A stretch of DNA of 64,000 bases from Geosiphon pyriformis uo1 (Eukaryota > Fungi > Glomeromycota), in contig JAAOMT010000531.1 in assembly GCA_016748015.1 (NCBI GenBank), positions 1 to 64,000 of the forward strand, read 5' to 3'. Position 1 is the first letter of the stretch. Each line of letters begins with the position of its first letter. Below the pieces are notes generated by a model. That model was given only the letters and a program-made list of their open reading frames with translations. It made no database searches and was not told where the DNA came from. This document shows, one piece after another, positions 1 to 12,660 of the stretch. Both the position numbers and the translations under genes were made by a program.

Positions 1-12
1 AAAAAAAAAAAA

Positions 13-635
13 TTAGCCACTCTATTTTTAGATAGTAATCATTGACCTGATTATTGATCTGATCATTGATCTGATCATTAACTTAGTCATTGACCTGATT
101 ATTAATTACTTTTAACAGCTATATAAGTAATGAATCTTTTAGTTGTAGAAAAGCATGTTCAAAATAATCAAGAATAAATAAAATAACAAACTTTTATCTC
201 AATTATTCTCTTATTGCTAATTTTTCTTTCCTTACCTCCAAGTGTCCGAACATCTTGGAATAAAAAATTACTTGTTGGTTATTCTTTATTCTTTTCTTGA
301 AACATATAATTGCAGCATTTAAAGATTATTGAATAAAATACGACTGAAAAGTACATCTGATATCTGCTATTGAATTCTAAGAGTGCCGATGTGAGGCATA
401 GAATTATACCAGGTGTGATCATTTGTTGACAGTATGGACTATTCTTCTATTTTCAGATTTCTGGTTATTTTTTGAAAAGTATAGTGATTGAGATATTTTA
501 TAAGACTGATCTTACACATTGAATCCATACTCATTCAATTTGCTCTTTAAAGTTGAATTTCCTTTGATTCCTTTCATTATCCTACAATCCTGTTTTCCCT
601 TGCTATCTGTTAGCTTGTTATTCCAATCCGTAACA
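13..635 (+). repeat. 5' LTR of G1 (start missing, preceded by an A run)
   Basis: Homologous to the other LTRs; 12-bp TTGACCTGATCA-type repeats; ends TAACA. Confidence 0.9.
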
Positions 636-641
636 TAAAAA

Positions 642-658
642 TGGTGCTTCCTGTAAGG
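642..658 (+). promoter_or_regulatory. tRNA primer-binding site (PBS)
   Basis: TGGTGCTTCCTGT(A/G)AGG 6 nt after the LTR; complement of a CCA-ending tRNA 3' end; conserved at 11919-11935(-), 19663-19679, 32999-33015 and ~58137-58153(-). Confidence 0.85.
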
Positions 659-1325
659 TTGTCAAAATCCACTTTGTTTCTTATTGCATAGGTAATTATT
701 TATACCTGCCACAACAATCAGAAAAACACTTTGAAGCATACAACAAAAACGATCTAAACTTTATTGAACTCAATCCTTTGCTTTCTTGCTTAATTTGCTT
801 TCCCATTGAAAAACAATCCAGCAGACAATTTTAAGACTTTTGGAACTGGTTTTTGAATAAGCATTTAGCTGAAATCTACACAGCTTATACAATCTATTAC
901 TTTGACAAAACTTATTTTGAAGACAACTTTGAAGAAAGAAACAACAGTATCAATCAGCTCTTATATTCTACAACCTTTGAACAACAGCTCCCTGATTTCA
1001 AATATCTGAATCATCAAATCCATATTTGGATTGCTGCCCATCAATCAACTGAAACTTCTCTTGAAACAGAAAAAGAAAGCTATCAAACCGCTTCCATTTT
1101 TGATTTCTTTTCAAGTAATCAGAACACTCCACACAAACAGTTACACCTGAACCAATGGCTTAAGACTCTCTACAACAAAACATTCTGATCGCCCTCCAAG
1201 ATATACAGACTGCTTTAGAACAAAGAAACAACACTCCATTACCATTATTCAGAGGTAATGCCCAAGATCCAATTAAATGGTTAGATGACTTTGAGAGAGC
1301 TGCCACAAAATAGTAAGCCTCTAAA

Positions 1326-2328
1326 AAAACTTTTTCTCTTCTAAATTTCATGACTATGAATAGAGCTAAGAGTAAAAAAGTTGCAAACGTTACTTTTTCT
1401 ATAGTGACTAATAAAGTTTCAACATGAGAGGGTCTCTCTATTATTAAAGCAGCTAGACAAAACATTCTGGTAACATTTCCTTTAAAAAATAATAGTAATA
1501 AGCTGCTTTTAGCAGCTTCTGGTTCATTTTCTTTTCAGTCAAAGTTCCTTCAAAAAGACACACTCGGATTAGTCCCAGTGTTATTTCCACTACTTCAAAA
1601 AGCCCAAAAATTTTTAATAACAGGCCAGTCAACAAGTTGGTCTTTCCTGCTCTTACCACTTCCACTATTACTTCTACTACTACTGCTTTACAAATGGCTG
1701 TGAAAGCCAAAAATTCCAAAAAACAACAGCAGGCAATCACAACTGCTATGGTCACACCGAACTCCTTTGTGGTTCTAGATGAGATCTTTTGTAAGATCTC
1801 CACAGTAGCAGCCAGCTCTCTTCTTGATATGAATGGCAACAGCAGTGGCACATCTCCCAAGATGGGCCAAGATCAACTACTGGCTGTGTTGCCTAATGTG
1901 GTAATTTCTGGCAGATCATTGCCAATTCCAGTAGCAAAACAGTCCATCAATCCAGATGATCTTAAAGATTGGGCTGATCAGATGAAAATAGAATCAACTG
2001 TCTCTCTTCCAGTTTCTGGTGCTGCTGATGGTGGTGCTTAAGAAAATGTGAATGGTTGTCAGAAGTTCTCTGGTTGGGTGGCCTCCAATCTAGTACCTGG
2101 AGCTACATTCAAGATCAAAATGGCCCTGCTTGGTTCCTTGTTTCAGTTACCACCTGGTTGTATTGGGCTTAAGTCAGTTTCACAAGATGCTGTTAAGTTG
2201 TTCTGTGTGGAATTTGCATCTTAGAAGTGTCTAAATGGTGCCACCAACTTCCGTGCTGCAAAAAGAAGTGGGGGCCCTCAAGTTGAGGAGTGGAAACATG
2301 CACTATAACATATCTGATGATGAAGACA

Positions 2329-2364
<36 letters not shown>

Positions 2365-4212
2365 GTGATGCTAAAGATTTTTTGGTCTATGATGATACAT
2401 TTGATGTGATGATGGAGTTATGGGAGGTTCAATCCTCTAATATCAAGTCCAATTCAGATCAGACTGCTAAGTGAATGAGCAGTCTTGTTAAGAGTAGTCA
2501 TGAACTTGTATGCATTATGAGTAAGATATATGAATTAGATATGTTTAATACATTAGGTAGCAAAGGTAGTACTAGCATGTAGTTAGGGCTTTCTGCTTGT
2601 GGTTAGCCACATCTTGTAATATGTATTATTGGGTGAGCTGGCTTTATAAAACCACCACATTACTGTGGAATAACTAATAAACGACTAGCATGGCTACACA
2701 TTAACAAAAAAAAAAAAAAAAAAATGGTGCCACCAAAGTGGCCATCAGTGATGAAGTGTTTTTGACCACTCTTAAGATTGCACAGTCTTCTGGTGTGGCC
2801 TCTGTTTCTTCTCCTTCCTTGTCAGTTGCATTACATGACATATCTTTGAGTACCTCTTTTGATGACATCAAAACTGCTCTTAGCATTTTTGGTGTTGTCA
2901 CTTCTGTTAAGTTGAAGTCTGCTGGCTTATGGCAATATGCTGTGGTTAATTTTAAGGACATTTCTTCTGCTGCTGCTGCTCTTTCTAACTGGTCTGTATT
3001 GGTCAGAAAAGATAGTATTAGGATTCTTCCTGTTACCAACCAAAAGAAAGTTATTTCCTTAAGAGATGTATTCAAAGCTAAGTTGGTCAATCTTCCATTT
3101 GGCTGTACTGCCTTTGAGATAAGTGATTTGGTCTCCCAAGTTGGTGGCCATACGTGTTTCATTCCTTGCTCCCCTAAATCTTATCAACGTTAATGCTTTG
3201 CTGTGGTTATCTTTGATTCTTTGGAATTTTTGAATGTTGCTGTGTTAAAAACTGGTATCTTGCATGGTTGTCATATCTGGTGGGAAACTCCTGGGTGTCG
3301 CTGCTGTTACAGGTGTCAAAACTTGGATCATTTGGCCATGGACCACAAGAAGTTGCCTCTTCTCACATCCAAACTCTCCTCCAACAATTTTGGTGGCCCC
3401 AAAATTTTCAAACCTTCGTTTGCTGGGATCTAAATCTTATGCCAAAGCTGCTGCTTTTGTGGTTCCTCTTGGTGCTGCTGCTGCTGATATGAACTTGGAC
3501 CTCTGTGGTCCTCCCAAAACTACACCACCCATGGTGCCTGTTATACCTTCTGTTCCCAATTCTACTGTTAAATCTAGATTGGCTTCTTTGGAATCCCATC
3601 TTAATGAACTCTCTGTGTTGATAAAATCCTTAATTGAATCTGTTGGTGCTCTTGTTGCATTAGTTACTAAACTACTGTCTACTCCAACTGTCATGGATGT
3701 GTTGGTTAAGAAATGTGTGAATGGTTTGGCTAAGCAAAATAAAGGCTTGGCTGCTGTTGTTTTTGTGATGCAGAGAAGCATTACACATCTTGAGAAAAGA
3801 TGTGAACAGGCTGGCTTGGAGGATAGATCAGATGTTAATGACATGGTTGATGATGATAATAATGACAATAAAGATTTTTCAGTTTATGATAATATCTTTG
3901 ATGTTATAATGCACCTATGGAAAGATCAGCCTTCCAGTATCAAATCCAGTCCTGATCAGACTGCTAAGTGGATGAATAGTATGGTTAAGAATAGTCATGA
4001 GCTTGTTAGCATTATGGGTAAGATATATGAATTAGAAATGTTTGATACATTAAGTAGCAAAAGTAGTACTAAGGCTTTCTACTAAGTAGTTAGCCGCATT
4101 TTGTAAACTTTGTATTATTGGGTGAGCTGGTTTTATGAAAGTGCTAACTTTATTGTTGGACAAAACTAATAAATGATCAGTGTGGTTACGCGTTAATATA
4201 AAAAAAAAAAAA
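1326..4212 (+). mobile_element. ORF1-only non-autonomous non-LTR retroposon (HAL1-like), subfamily A, copy H1, full length
   Basis: 5' AAAACTYTTTCTCT motif, ATG at 1350, RRM/CCHC ORF, shared 3' tail, poly(A) 4200-4212, degenerate 15-bp TSD 1293-1307 / 4213-4227. Confidence 0.85.
2248..2721 (+). mobile_element. 5'-truncated ORF1-only retroposon, subfamily B, copy H2, nested in H1
   Basis: Perfect 15-bp TSD AAATGGTGCCACCAA (2233-2247 / 2722-2736), poly(A) tail, 3' end of the element only. Confidence 0.92.
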
Positions 4213-5134
4213 GTAAAAGCTGTCACAGCAAACCAATATGATAATGAATACAAGTTTCAAATCGTTGATAGCTACCTTCAAGGCTTTTTTGCTACTTGGT
4301 TCTCACAAAAAACCAATGCCAATGCTCAGCAATGAATTATTAGATGGACACTGGCAAATGCTGGAGAAGATAACACTTTTTTCATTACCCAGTTTGAAAC
4401 AAAATTTAGAACTCCTATCTTAATATCTAAATGGCATATGAAATTGGAAAGAAGAACCCAAGGCCCAAGAGAAATAATAACTGAATACACTAAAGCCATT
4501 AGAAAACTAAATAAGTATGTAGACTCTAGTAGAAATTAAACAGAAGAGCAAATGATTCATTCCTTCACAAAAAGATTGAGAACTGATCTCTCATATGCTC
4601 TTTGGCCCCTCCTGGCCCTGAAAGATAATTTCACAATGGATATGGCTATTGAACTTGCTCAAAGAATAAAAGACAACCAAAGAATGCACCTAAAATCTAC
4701 TCTTCCAGTTTTTGCTCCTGCTTCTGCCATGGTTCCAGCTCCACAAATAACTGCTACCTCTTTTACTACTTACACTTAAGACCCCAATGAACAATTAATA
4801 GACAGACTTACTGCTAACCTTGCTTGCTATTAGAACTATTAGCCCAAGCAGTCAGAGACAACCAGCAATCCCAAAGACCCAGATTTGAACCCTGCTTCAA
4901 TCAGCCCTAACAACCACCATATCAAAGACAACAAAATCGTGGCCCACCTGTGTGCTATCACTGTGGACTAACTGGACACTTTTCCAGAGACTGCAACAAT
5001 CCTCTATTGCCCTCTCCAGCTCTTAAAAATAATAACACCCAGAATAACAGACCCAACAATAATAATGTTCCCAATCAAAGACCTAATCATGTCAACATCA
5101 ATTTTTTTGGAGAGGATTCCTTAGTTGAAGCTAC

Positions 5135-5789
5135 TGTTACGGGTTGAAGTAACAAGCTAACAGATAGCAAGGGAGAACAGGATTGTAGGGTGATGAAAAT
5201 AATCAAAGGGGATTTAACTTCAATGAGCAAATTGAATGAGTATGGATTCAATGTGCGAGATCAGTCTCATAAAATATCTCAGTCACTATTCTTTTCAAAG
5301 GTAACTGGGAAATCTGAAGGTAGAGGGATAGTCCATACTGTCAACAATTGATCACTGCTAGTGTTAATTCTATGCCTTCACATTGGCGCTCTTAGAATTC
5401 AATATCAGGTATCAACTTGTGCTCTTCAGTCATGTTTATACAAATAGTCTTCAAATACTACAATTATTCAAACAGAAAAAGGCCAACAAGTAATCTTTTA
5501 TCCTAAGATGTTCAGATACTTGAAGGTAGGGAAAGGGAAATTAGCGATAAGAGAGTGATTAAGATGAAAGTTGCTATTTTTATTTATTTGATTCTTGTCT
5601 AAGAGATGATTTTCTATAGCTAAGAGACTTATTGCTTATATAGCTATTGAAAGTGGTCAATGACCAGGTCAACGACTAGATCAATGATCAGGTCAATGAT
5701 CACTATCTAAAAATAGAGTGGCTAATTATATGACATCAGTGACTAATACATGTGATAACTAATAAAAATTATGGGTTTCAACCATAACA
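5135..5789 (-). repeat. 3' LTR of G2 (655 bp)
   Basis: TGTTA..TAACA termini; near-identical to 11942-12644. Confidence 0.95.
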
Positions 5790-6415
5790 TCATCCTTTCC
5801 AAAGAGATTAAGCTCCAGCGAAATCAAGCTATTTATAGGGTATTCTAATTGAAGGGTTTTGTCTAACTCAAAACTAACTAGTTTGTTGAAGTCTTTTGTG
5901 AATAGAGTATATAGTACTTGAGGCGAAATAAGTTTTGTATCCAAGAGACCAAATTTTTGTATAAGAGTTTTGGCTCTTCTTGCAATAGTCAAAACTCTTG
6001 GGACATCTAAACGTATAATGCCCAAAATTTCCACTTGTATCTCTGAAGTTGTTTTCTTCATGAGCTTCATTTCTTCTATAATTTCACCAAGACAACCATA
6101 GAATTCTATTTGCCTTCCATATGACAAGTTTTTGTCTATGGGCAAGATTTCCTTAATCATTTTTCCAAGTGTCATGGAAGGTGTAAGTATTGCTGCTGTT
6201 ATGCTTTCCAACAGATACTTATCCATTTTGTTATCAATTCTTTCTCTTCTGGTAGTGGTTTTCTTTGGTCTAATAACAGTATGTGTTCCACTGTTATCAG
6301 TTATGGTGGTTTGTTTTCCAATGGTCAGAGTAGCATTTGGATAATTTTTGATCCAGTACTCATGGAGAGTGTAGAAAGCGTTTTGAATGTTTTGATCTAA
6401 AAAATAATTGTTCAT
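5759..6415 (-). CDS. Gypsy ORF3, 218-aa protein of unknown function, intact
   Basis: ATG (MNNYFLDQ) just after the pol stop; open to a stop ~30 nt inside the 3' LTR; homologous intact copy at 38673-39329. Confidence 0.75.
   Translation of the reverse strand: MNNYFLDQNIQNAFYTLHEYWIKNYPNATLTIGKQTTITDNSGTHTVIRPKKTTTRRERIDNKMDKYLLESITAAILTPSMTLGKMIKEILPIDKNLSYGRQIEFYGCLGEIIEEMKLMKKTTSEIQVEILGIIRLDVPRVLTIARRAKTLIQKFGLLDTKLISPQVLYTLFTKDFNKLVSFELDKTLQLEYPINSLISLELNLFGKDDVMVETHNFY
5790..5800 (-). promoter_or_regulatory. Polypurine tract
   Basis: GGAAAGGATGA immediately before the 3' LTR; GGARAGGATRA also precedes the LTRs at 28135, 39299 and 40928. Confidence 0.8.
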
Positions 6416-6456
6416 GTCGATTGAAGATACCTCTGTTTTGGGAATGGTGCATTTAT

Positions 6457-9400
6457 TTATATCTGATTTTTGTTGATTATTTGGGTTGGTATTACTACAA
6501 CAGGTAACCAATTAGGTTGTTTGTGATATTTCTTGAGTCGTGTGCCATGAACAGGGTGATCATTAAAGATTGTTCTATATTGAGCTTGTAAGATATAAGA
6601 ACCATTGTTCAAAACTTTGTTGACTATAAAAGGTCCTTTCCACTGGCTAGAGAATTTATCACCATAGACATTGTCTTTGTCTGAACAGTATTCTAAAACT
6701 AAGTCACCAACACTTAAGGAAAGTATTTTATATGTTTTCTTTTTCTTAAGCTTCTCTTGGAATTGTTTTATTTTTTCAAAGGCAATTATCCGTGCTTCTA
6801 TTAATGAGTCAAGAATGGTACCAAGTCTTCTTTGCAAAATGTCTTTGTAATTCTTTATAGTTATTTCTTCAAAGGGTATTGTCTCAATATCAGTTTCTAT
6901 TGGTAAGGTTGTTATTTGTCCATAGAGTAGATAAAAGGGTTCATAACTTGTTATGTCATGATTCACAGTTCTATAAGCAAACAAAGCTGAAGGCAGTACT
7001 TTGTCCCATAGGTTGGTTTCTTCACTGGTTTTGGCTAGGGTTTCACATAGTGTTCTATTGAAACATTTCACTAGGCTATTTGTTTGGGGATGATAAGGGA
7101 AAGAGAGTTTATGATGTATTCCCATTTTTCTGCAAAGTTCTTCAACCAGTGTACTGAGAAAAGCTCTTCCTCTATCAGATAAAAGTTCTTTGGGGCAGCT
7201 GTGGTGACAGATAATATCTTCATAAATGAAATTGGCAATTGAGACTGCCATTTGATCTGGGGTGGCTCTTGCTTCTACCCACTTTGTAAGATAGTCGGTA
7301 GCTGTGATAATATATCTGTTGCCATCAGAAGTTACTGTTAAAGGTTTAACAACATCTATACCAATTCTGTCAAATGGTTGACCAACAGAGATTGGATGGA
7401 TATCTTCCTTGCGATTGGGTTTTCCTCTTTTTTGGCAGGTATTACAGGTTTTGATGTATTCAGCAATGTCTTTTCCCAAGGTAGGCCAATAATAGTGAGC
7501 TAAAGTTTTCTGAATCATTTTTGTTTTTCCAAAGTGTCCAGCTAATGGATCAGTGTGCATATTGTAGATCACAATTTCTCTTTCTTCAAATCTAATGACT
7601 CTCTGGGGGCGGTCAAAATCTTTTCTATTTCTTTTATATAACTGGTTCTGGCAAATCAAATAGAAATTTGATTGTTTGTGCAAATGTTCTCTTTGCTGTC
7701 AAGTATAGTCCGGCGGGTATTGTTCTTTACCCAAAAATTCCATTAAGGCAGAGTAGTTGTCCAAGTCCAATATCGTGTTTGTTTGTGAGGAAGTTACAAA
7801 TAATTAAGTTGGTTTGGTTTAGGAGGGTTTTACTATCACTGGATGGTAAGTCTGGAGAGAGTATCGGCATTTTGATGATTAGCTCCTTTGTGGTGTTGAA
7901 TGTCATAGTCGAATTCATCCAAGTGGAGTATCCAGCGAGTTATCCATTTATGTTCCAGGTTTCTTTTGTTGTGTAGCCAAACCAAAGCTTAGTGATCTGT
8001 TACCACCAAAAATTTCACACCCTTAAAATATTTGTCTCAGTAGCTGGTAGCCCAAACTACTGCTAAGCATTCTTACTCAATGACTGAGTAGTTCCATTCT
8101 GCTGGTGTAAAAGTTCTACTGACATATGCTATGACATGTTCCCTGCCATCTTCGTCTTTCTGGGAAAGAACAGCACCAAGTCCATAGCCAGATGCATCAG
8201 TATGGAGGATAAAAGGTTGATCCAGATTAAGTTGCATGAGGATGGGTTCTGTAACCAGTTTTTCCTTCAGAATTTCAAATGCTTTTTGTTGATGAGTGCC
8301 CCAGTGATAATTGATGTTTTTCCTAAGTAGCTGATTGAGAGAAGCAGCAATTTTGGAGAAATCCTTGACAAACTTGTGATAATAAGAGGCCAAACCAAGA
8401 AAAGAGTGTAGTTCATAAACATTCATTGGTTGTCTAATGTTTTGAAATTTTTCAATTTTGGCTGGATCAGGGAAGATTCTATCTTTTGTAATAAGATGGC
8501 CAAGGAACTGGGTGGATTGACGTCCAAAGAATGATTTGATTGGATTGATCTTAATGCCAACATTTCTAAGGAGGTCAAAAACCTTTTACAAATGTTCAAG
8601 GTGTTCATCCCAAGTTTTTGAGTATACCATTATGTCATCCAAGTAGACTAGAACAAAGTTTTCTTTTACTGATTCAAATACTTTGTCTATTAAGTGTTGA
8701 AAGGTGGGAGGAGCATTTGTGAGACCAAAAAGCATGACTGTAAATTCATAAGTGCCATACTTGGTGATGAAGGCAGTTTTCTTTCTGCTTTTTGGATCCA
8801 TCTCTACTTGCCAGAATTCAGCAGTTAAGTCAATGGTTGAGAAGAAAGCGGCACCATGGAATTGGTCTAGCATTGTATCAATCTTGGGAAGTAGGTACAT
8901 GTCTCTTTCAGTAATGGCATTTAATTGGCAATAGTCAACACAAAAGCATAGGATTCCTCCTTTCTTGGATACCACTACAACTGGGAATGCTCATTCACTC
9001 TTGGTTTTCTGTATGAATCCAAGGTTTTTCATTCGGGTTATTTCCTTTTTGATAAACTCATCATTGTGACAGTTGGATTGATAGGGCTTCAAATAGATGG
9101 GGTGAGTTTCTCTGGTGATAATGGTGTGTTGTATCACATGTGTATGTTCAGGAGGTTCACCTTCTTTTGAGATAACTGGGCTGTTTCTAGCCAGCAGGTT
9201 TTCAATGTCTATCTTTCTTTCTTCTGGAGAGGGTTCTCTTTGTTCTACAACCAGTAATTGGATTTCAGGTGGTTTGTTTTCAAAGGACTTTTGGACTTCT
9301 TTTATTTTCTCACAGGGTATCAAGCTGATTGGTTCCCAATCTTTGTAATAGATCAGGCAGGACATGCATTCATCACTAGGAGAATACAATGGTTTGTCGC

Positions 9401-10529
9401 ACCAGCACTGGGCACAAGGACCATGCTACCAATAACTGTATTTGGCTTTCTTGCCTGGTTTTCTGTCAAAGGTTCTTCTGAGCATGTCATAATAAGGCCA
9501 GCAGATCAGCTTGCCATTGACAATGATTCTTTCTTTATCTGCCTTGACATTATCCAGTGGTTTGCCATTGTTGGTAAAGATGGTATAGGCGAGTTTAGCA
9601 GTTTCTTCTTGTTCTTCTTGTTCTTCTTCTTCCTTACTTTCTTCATCATCTGATTCATCTGATTCATTTTCTTCTGGGCTCTGCTTGGGTACTGGGGGAG
9701 TTGTCCAATGGTAACACTTAACCACAATGGGTTTCTTACCACATCTGATGGTTAGTTCACAGAGTTCATAATCAAGCAAAGCTTTTGCTTTCTTGAGCCA
9801 TTCATTGCCAACAATGATGGTGTATTCTTTCACTTCAGATACTTCCATATCAGTTTCAATGCTGATGCCATTGATGCAGACAGGAATAGCTTTGGCTATG
9901 CCAAGCCCTTTCTTCTTATCACCATGCATATTGGTCATTGGTCATGTGGATGGTTCATCAATTTTTCTGCCAATTGCTTTAAGAAAGTGTTTAGCAATAA
10001 CACTAACAGATGATCCACTGTCTAGGATCAAATTGATGAAGTAGCCAGCCACTTGGGCTTTGCAAATTAGAGGAGTGACATTGCTATTGTCAGCAAGTCC
10101 AGCTTGGCAAGAGCGTTTGTTTGTTTTGGGTGTCTTTTTCTTTGGCATCAGAGATTTGTGAAAATCTTTTCTGAATTGTGGATGGGTCATCAATTGGCCA
10201 AAGGTTATATGTGCTGGGGTTTCCATGAGGTCTTTGACAACAGAATAGGGGTCGGATTTTTGTACTATTTCTGGGGGTTCCAACTTTGGAGAGTTCTTGA
10301 AAACTTTAGCTTTTGGGGGCTCATTGTTGTCAATAGTTGATGTAGAAGCTTTATTGGGGTCCAGAACGAAATCAACTTTGGCTTTCTTCTTCTTTCTTGT
10401 GGATTCAGAGAGGTTGATTGCTAATTCATCCATGTCATGGTCATCATCAGTTAAGTTAAAAGCATAAAAGGGGTTTTCTTCTGGTTGGCTTGCACTCTCA
10501 CCCTTTGGAGGTGCACCTACCAGTTTAAA
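6457..10529 (-). pseudogene. pol: Gypsy pol of G2 (protease, RT, RNase H, integrase)
   Basis: LILDSGSS, LVYLDDI, LHTDASGYGLGAVL, integrase HHCC, GIDVV, SDRG, WKGPF; interrupted by stops. Confidence 0.95.
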
Positions 10530-11889
10530 GGCTGATAAACAGTGGCTTCAACTAGGGGATCCTCTCCAAAGAAATTGATGTTGGCATGATTGGGTCTTTG
10601 GTTGGAAACATTGTTGTTGTTGGGTCTGTTGTTCTGGNNNNNNNNNNNNNNNNNNNNNNNNNNNNNNNNNNNNNNNNNNNNNNNNNNNNNNNNNNNNNNN
10701 NNNNNNNNNNNNNNNNNNNNNNNNNNNNNNNNNNNNNNNNNNNNNNNNNNNNNNNNNNNNNNNNNNNNNNNNNNNNNNNNNNNNNNNNNNNNNNNNNNNN
10801 NNNNNNNNNNNNNNNNNNNNNNNNNNNNNNNNNNNNNNNNNNNNNNNNNNNNNNNNNNNNNNNNNNNNNNNNNNNNNNNNNNNNNNNNNNNNNNNNNNNN
10901 NNNNNNNNNNNNNNNNNNNNNNNNNNNNNNNNNNNNNNNNNNNNNNNNNNNNNNNNNNNNNNNNNNNNNNNNNNNNNNNNNNNNNNNNNNNNNNNNNNNN
11001 NNNNNNNNNNNNNNNNNNNNNNNNNNNNNNNNNNNNNNNNNNNNNNNNNNNNNNNNNNNNNNNNNNNNNNNNNNNNNNNNNNNNNNNNNNNNNNNNNNNN
11101 NNNNNNNNNNGTGAAAGAGGTATTTTCTTCTCCAGCATTGATTGGTGTCCATCTGATTATTCTGTGTTGAGCATTGGCATCTGTTTCTTGTGAGAACCAG
11201 GTAGCAGGAGAGCCTTGGAGGTAGCCACCAACAATTTGGAACTTGTATTCTTCATCATACTGGTTGGCTGTGGCAGCTCTCTCAAAATCATCCAACCATT
11301 CAATTGGATCTTGTGCATCACCTCTAAATAGTGGTAGTGGGGTATTGTTTCTTCTTCCTAGAGCAGTTTGTATACCTTGGAGGGCGGCCAGAATGTTTGT
11401 TTGCATGGGGTTATTAGCCATTGGTTCAGGGGTAGCTGTTTGTGTAGACAAGTCTGATTCACTTGATAAAAGGTCAAAAACAGAGGCAGTTTGGTAGCTT
11501 TTTTCTTCTGTTTCAAAGGGAGTTTCAGTTGCTTGATGGGCAGCAATCCAAATGTGGATTTGATGATTTAGATATTCGAAATCAGGGGGCTGTTGTTCAA
11601 AGGTTGCAGAATATAAGAGCTGATTGATACTGTTGTTTCTTTCTTCAAAGTCGTTTTCAAAATAAGCTTTGTCAAAGTAATAAATTGTATAAGCTGTGTA
11701 GGTTTCAGCTGAATGCTCATTCAGGAACCAGTTTCAAAAGTCTTGGAATTGTCTACTGGATTGTTCTTCAAGGGGGAAGCAAATCAAGCAGGATGGTAAA
11801 GGATTAATTTCAATGAAATCTAGGTCGTTTCTGTTGTGTGCTGCAAAGTGTTCTTCTGATTGCTGTGGCAGATATGAGTAATCACCCAT
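10517..11889 (-). pseudogene. gag: Gypsy gag of G2 (spans an assembly gap)
   Basis: MGDYSY start; FRGDAQDPIEWLDDFERAATAN capsid-like region; ends YQPLNW*. Confidence 0.85.
10638..11110. other. Assembly gap
   Basis: Run of N. Confidence 1.
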
Positions 11890-11941
11890 ACAATGAAGAA
11901 ATAAGTGAATTTTGACAACCTCACAGGAAGCACCACTTTTA

Positions 11942-12644
11942 TGTTACAGGTTGAAGTAACAAGCTAATGGATAGCAAGGGAGAACAAGATTGTAGGATGA
12001 TGAAAATAATCAAAGGGGATTCAACTTCAATGAGTGAATTGAATGAGTATGGATTCAATGTGCAAGATCAGTCTCATAAAATATCTCAGTCGCTATTCTT
12101 TTCAAAGATAACTGGGAAATCTGAAGGTAGAGAAATAGTTCGTACTATCAACAATTGATCACTGCTGGTATTAATTCTATGCCTTCACATTGGCGCTCTT
12201 AGAATTCAATATCAGGTATCAACTTGTGCTCTTCAGTCACGTTTATACAAATAATCTTCAAATACTACAATTATTCAAACAGGAAAAGGCCAACAAGTAA
12301 TCTTTTATCCTAAGATGTTTGGATACTTGAAGGTAGGGAAAGGGAAATTAGCAATAAGAGAGTGATTGAGATGAAAGTTGTTATTTTTATTTATTTGATT
12401 CTTGTTTGAGAGATGATTTTCTACAGCTAAGAGACTTATTGCTTATATAGCTATTGAAAGTGGTCAATGACCAGGTCAACGACTAGGTCAATGATCAGGT
12501 CAATGATCAGGTTAATGATCAGGTCAACGGTCAGGTCATTGATCAGATCAATGATCACTATCTAAAAATAAAGTGGCTAATTATATGACATCAGTGACTA
12601 ATACATGTGATAACTAATAAAAATTATGGGTTTCAACCATAACA
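11942..12644 (-). repeat. 5' LTR of G2 (703 bp)
   Basis: Pairs with 5135-5789; 48 bp longer because of four extra 12-bp repeat units. Confidence 0.95.
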
Positions 12645-12660
12645 CTACTGTTTATCAGTC

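Larger units (their letters stand above)
688..5134 (+). pseudogene. gag: Gypsy gag of G1, split by the H1 insertion
   Basis: FRGNAQDPIKWLDDFERAAT before the insertion; ALWPLLALKDN and the CCHC knuckle after it; multiple stops. Confidence 0.85.
5135..12644 (-). mobile_element. Full-length Ty3/Gypsy LTR retrotransposon G2
   Basis: Paired LTRs, 4-bp TSD CTAC (5131-5134 / 12645-12648), PBS, PPT, order gag-PR-RT-RH-IN-ORF3. Confidence 0.97.

Noticed and set aside
2331-2370. (GAT)n microsatellite
   Set aside because: Encodes the acidic tract of the ORF1-like protein; not an independent feature
10517-11170. Long ORFs full of X (also 22188-22642 and 25049-25645)
   Set aside because: Artefacts of N gaps
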